From IMG/VR virus record IMGVR_UViG_3300034073_003276: a stretch of DNA of 64,000 bases; one strand, 5' to 3'. Below are positions 61,917 through 64,000 of this stretch, one piece after another. Under the pieces are notes generated by a model. The model had not been told where the DNA came from. It did no database searches and worked only from the letters and a program-made list of their open reading frames with translations. The position numbers and the translations under genes are program-made. Numbering within the stretch: position 1 is the first letter of the stretch; each line of letters opens with the position of its first letter. This DNA comes from a virus. Its lineage: Duplodnaviria > Caudoviricetes.

Positions 61917-63379
61917 TAGTTTTTAAAAGGTATGTTTACAATATCATAATTGAAGTTTTCTTCATTGTAGACTTTGATTCTTTCGATTAAGTGATTGAGT
62001 GTATAATTCTTTCTTGACTTATAACTGATATCATCGGCAATGTCATATAGAGTTGCCTTTGTCTTATTATTTCCTTTTCTTAAGACTCGTCCGATTGATT
62101 GGAGGTTTCTGATTCTTGATTTACTAGGGGAAGCAAAGATAACATTATGTAAATTTCTGATGTTAACACCAGTAGAAAAAGTACCGTAAGAAGCAACGAT
62201 GATTGCATTATTTTCTTTTTCAGTGATTTCTCTTACTTTTTCACGATTTTCGGTATCAACACCACCATGGACAAAGAAGACATGACGATCTTCATTGATA
62301 CTCTTATTTATTAAATCATATAAGGGTTGACCGTGACCTTCAACACGGGCAAAGAGAATCAAAGTGTTTCCTTTCAAATCAAGAGCAAGATTCTTAATAA
62401 ACTTATTTCTTTTCTCATGATTGATAATATACTGAACTTCATCTTCAAAAGTCTCAAAACGATTCGGTGGGTGTTTCAATAGAAGAATGTTGATGTCTAA
62501 TGTAGCAACATGACCTTTCTTCATTAACTCATCAGTTTTAATAATCTTATAAGAAGGACCGAATAATCCTTCTAAAACCCACTTATGAGTCTGACTTCCA
62601 TCCAGTGTTCCTGTAAATCCGAAACGATATTTACAATCAGAAAGTTTTGTCATTATAGATACTAATGACTTTGATTTAAACTGGTGTGCTTCATCTCCTA
62701 CGACCACATTAAATCTTGAAAAATATTGACGGGGGAGTTTGTAGATGGACTGCCAGGTAGTGATAATCACCTGAGAATCCGTTTCTCTTTCTTTCCCAGC
62801 GTAAATTTTGTGGCAGTATGAACCCACATCAAACCCATAATCTTCAAAATCTTTATACATCTGCTCTACAAGGGATGTCGTTGGGACAACTACGAGAATA
62901 TTTTGTCCTTTCTCAACGTAATATCTCACAATTGAGTATATCATCAATGACTTTCCAGAAGCAGTTGGAGATATCAACAACTTTCTATTATGTCTTAATG
63001 CGTCGTATACTCCCTCAACTTGGTAGTCGCGGGGAGCGTACTTGCAGATAGAATTCATATAATCTTTTACACCTTCCTTTGAGATGTGCTCATTTACCTC
63101 AAAAGGAAGACCATAATACTTATTGTTTCGAAACTCATAAGTGTATTCATGTTGCTCACAGAATCTTATGAGTTTATCTAATAGACCGACGTATATTTCT
63201 CTTGTATTAACGTTAAACAAATAAATGTAACCATCCCACCACTTATTCTTGTAGGCAGGTGCGAATTTAGCATTTGGAACTTCAAATTGAAATGCGTCTC
63301 TTAATTCATAATAGACGTGTGGTTCTGCCTCAACTTGAAGAAATACCTCATTCTTTTTTGAAATAATCAAATGTGACAT
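61916..63379 (-). CDS. uvsW: UvsW RNA-DNA/DNA-DNA helicase
   Basis: SPTASGKS, GDEAH, GFTGT, STGVNI, QSIGRVLR. Confidence 0.96.
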   Translation of the reverse strand: MSHLIISKKNEVFLQVEAEPHVYYELRDAFQFEVPNAKFAPAYKNKWWDGYIYLFNVNTREIYVGLLDKLIRFCEQHEYTYEFRNNKYYGLPFEVNEHISKEGVKDYMNSICKYAPRDYQVEGVYDALRHNRKLLISPTASGKSLMIYSIVRYYVEKGQNILVVVPTTSLVEQMYKDFEDYGFDVGSYCHKIYAGKERETDSQVIITTWQSIYKLPRQYFSRFNVVVGDEAHQFKSKSLVSIMTKLSDCKYRFGFTGTLDGSQTHKWVLEGLFGPSYKIIKTDELMKKGHVATLDINILLLKHPPNRFETFEDEVQYIINHEKRNKFIKNLALDLKGNTLILFARVEGHGQPLYDLINKSINEDRHVFFVHGGVDTENREKVREITEKENNAIIVASYGTFSTGVNIRNLHNVIFASPSKSRIRNLQSIGRVLRKGNNKTKATLYDIADDISYKSRKNYTLNHLIERIKVYNEENFNYDIVNIPFKN

Positions 63380-63412
63380 TCATAACGTATCAGTTATGAT
63401 TATTTATTTCTG

Positions 63413-63844
63413 TTAGTTAAACCCTGCTTGGAAACGGTTCCATTCAATTGCGTTCTTGATTTGGAATGTTCTATTGGAGACTGTTTTAATAATCTCCTCA
63501 AGAAACTTCAGCATGATATCATAGTATCTGATTTTGAGATCTATTTTATTCAGTCTCTCATCGGCGTCCATATGCCTCTGTAACGCCTCTTTGTCTCTAA
63601 CTTTATAAGGAAATGGTTCTTCAACATAAACCTCTGCTGGCGCCTTTCCTGTGTAGTAGTTGTATCTTTCTAATTTGACCCTACTATAAGTTTCTCTCGC
63701 CTTCTCTCTCAGAAGAGTGATTGTATTGTATATGGTATAATATTTGGAATGAAGTTGTGGAATTTTTAAAGATTCATCGTGTAAATTATCAGGGTCTATG
63801 ACAGAATCTCTCTGCCACATCTCCTGGATTTCATCAAGATTCAT
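63413..63844 (-). CDS. uvsY: recombination mediator UvsY
   Basis: IPQLHSKY, YYTGKA, RTFQIKNAIEW. Confidence 0.93.
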   Translation of the reverse strand: MNLDEIQEMWQRDSVIDPDNLHDESLKIPQLHSKYYTIYNTITLLREKARETYSRVKLERYNYYTGKAPAEVYVEEPFPYKVRDKEALQRHMDADERLNKIDLKIRYYDIMLKFLEEIIKTVSNRTFQIKNAIEWNRFQAGFN

Positions 63845-64000
63845 AGACCTGTGGTAATGTTATAAACAGTATACTTGAAAGATACCTCTGCTGTAAAGTA
63901 TTGGATATCAGTTTGCGTCGAATCAAATTCAAGAGAACTTAATGAAATAGGAAATAAGTCTTTGAATTTAACAATAGCATTTGTATTATAGTTACTATCT
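63841..64000 (-). CDS. 3' end of tail-tube/terminator-family protein (gp3-like), truncated by the window edge
   Basis: ..FKDLFPISLSSLEFD...YFTAEVSFKY..* reading frame. Confidence 0.7.
   Translation of the reverse strand, partial: DSNYNTNAIVKFKDLFPISLSSLEFDSTQTDIQYFTAEVSFKYTVYNITTGL

Overview
This window is part of a T4-like cyanophage genome (Kyanoviridae-type myovirus), AT-rich, with almost all genes on the minus strand. In + coordinate order it holds: (1) a 12 kb sugar-synthesis and glycosyltransferase island (GT11, GT4, HtrL-like, methyltransferases, DeoD, HAD phosphatase, nucleotidyltransferase, RfbH/E1-type dehydratase, epimerase/reductase, RfbC); (2) a zone of micro-ORFs and a host-type Som porin; (3) an array of 18 tRNAs plus 3 outlying tRNAs, with structured non-tRNA spacers; (4) a lysis cluster; (5) nrdB, nrdA and primase; (6) late-promoter genes for low-complexity proteins that are probably head-packaged; (7) the T4 replication/recombination core (41, uvsX, 43, regA, 62, 44, 45, 46, 47, 55, uvsW, uvsY, partial gp3) with four free-standing homing endonucleases, dam, hsp20 and a MoxR/VWA pair. 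The most notable observations are: a DNA polymerase gene split in the fingers domain without an intein; an identical 25-nt promoter-linked element present twice, 37.5 kb apart, one copy sharing its -35 box with the late sigma factor promoter; a riboswitch-like leader on a cell-wall hydrolase gene; a ROSE-like thermometer on hsp20; a possible bipartite RNA motif with an ORF nested inside it; T4-type capsid-targeting N-termini; and a tRNA with a UAG anticodon but no long variable arm. All family assignments come from motif recognition by eye; no database searches were run.
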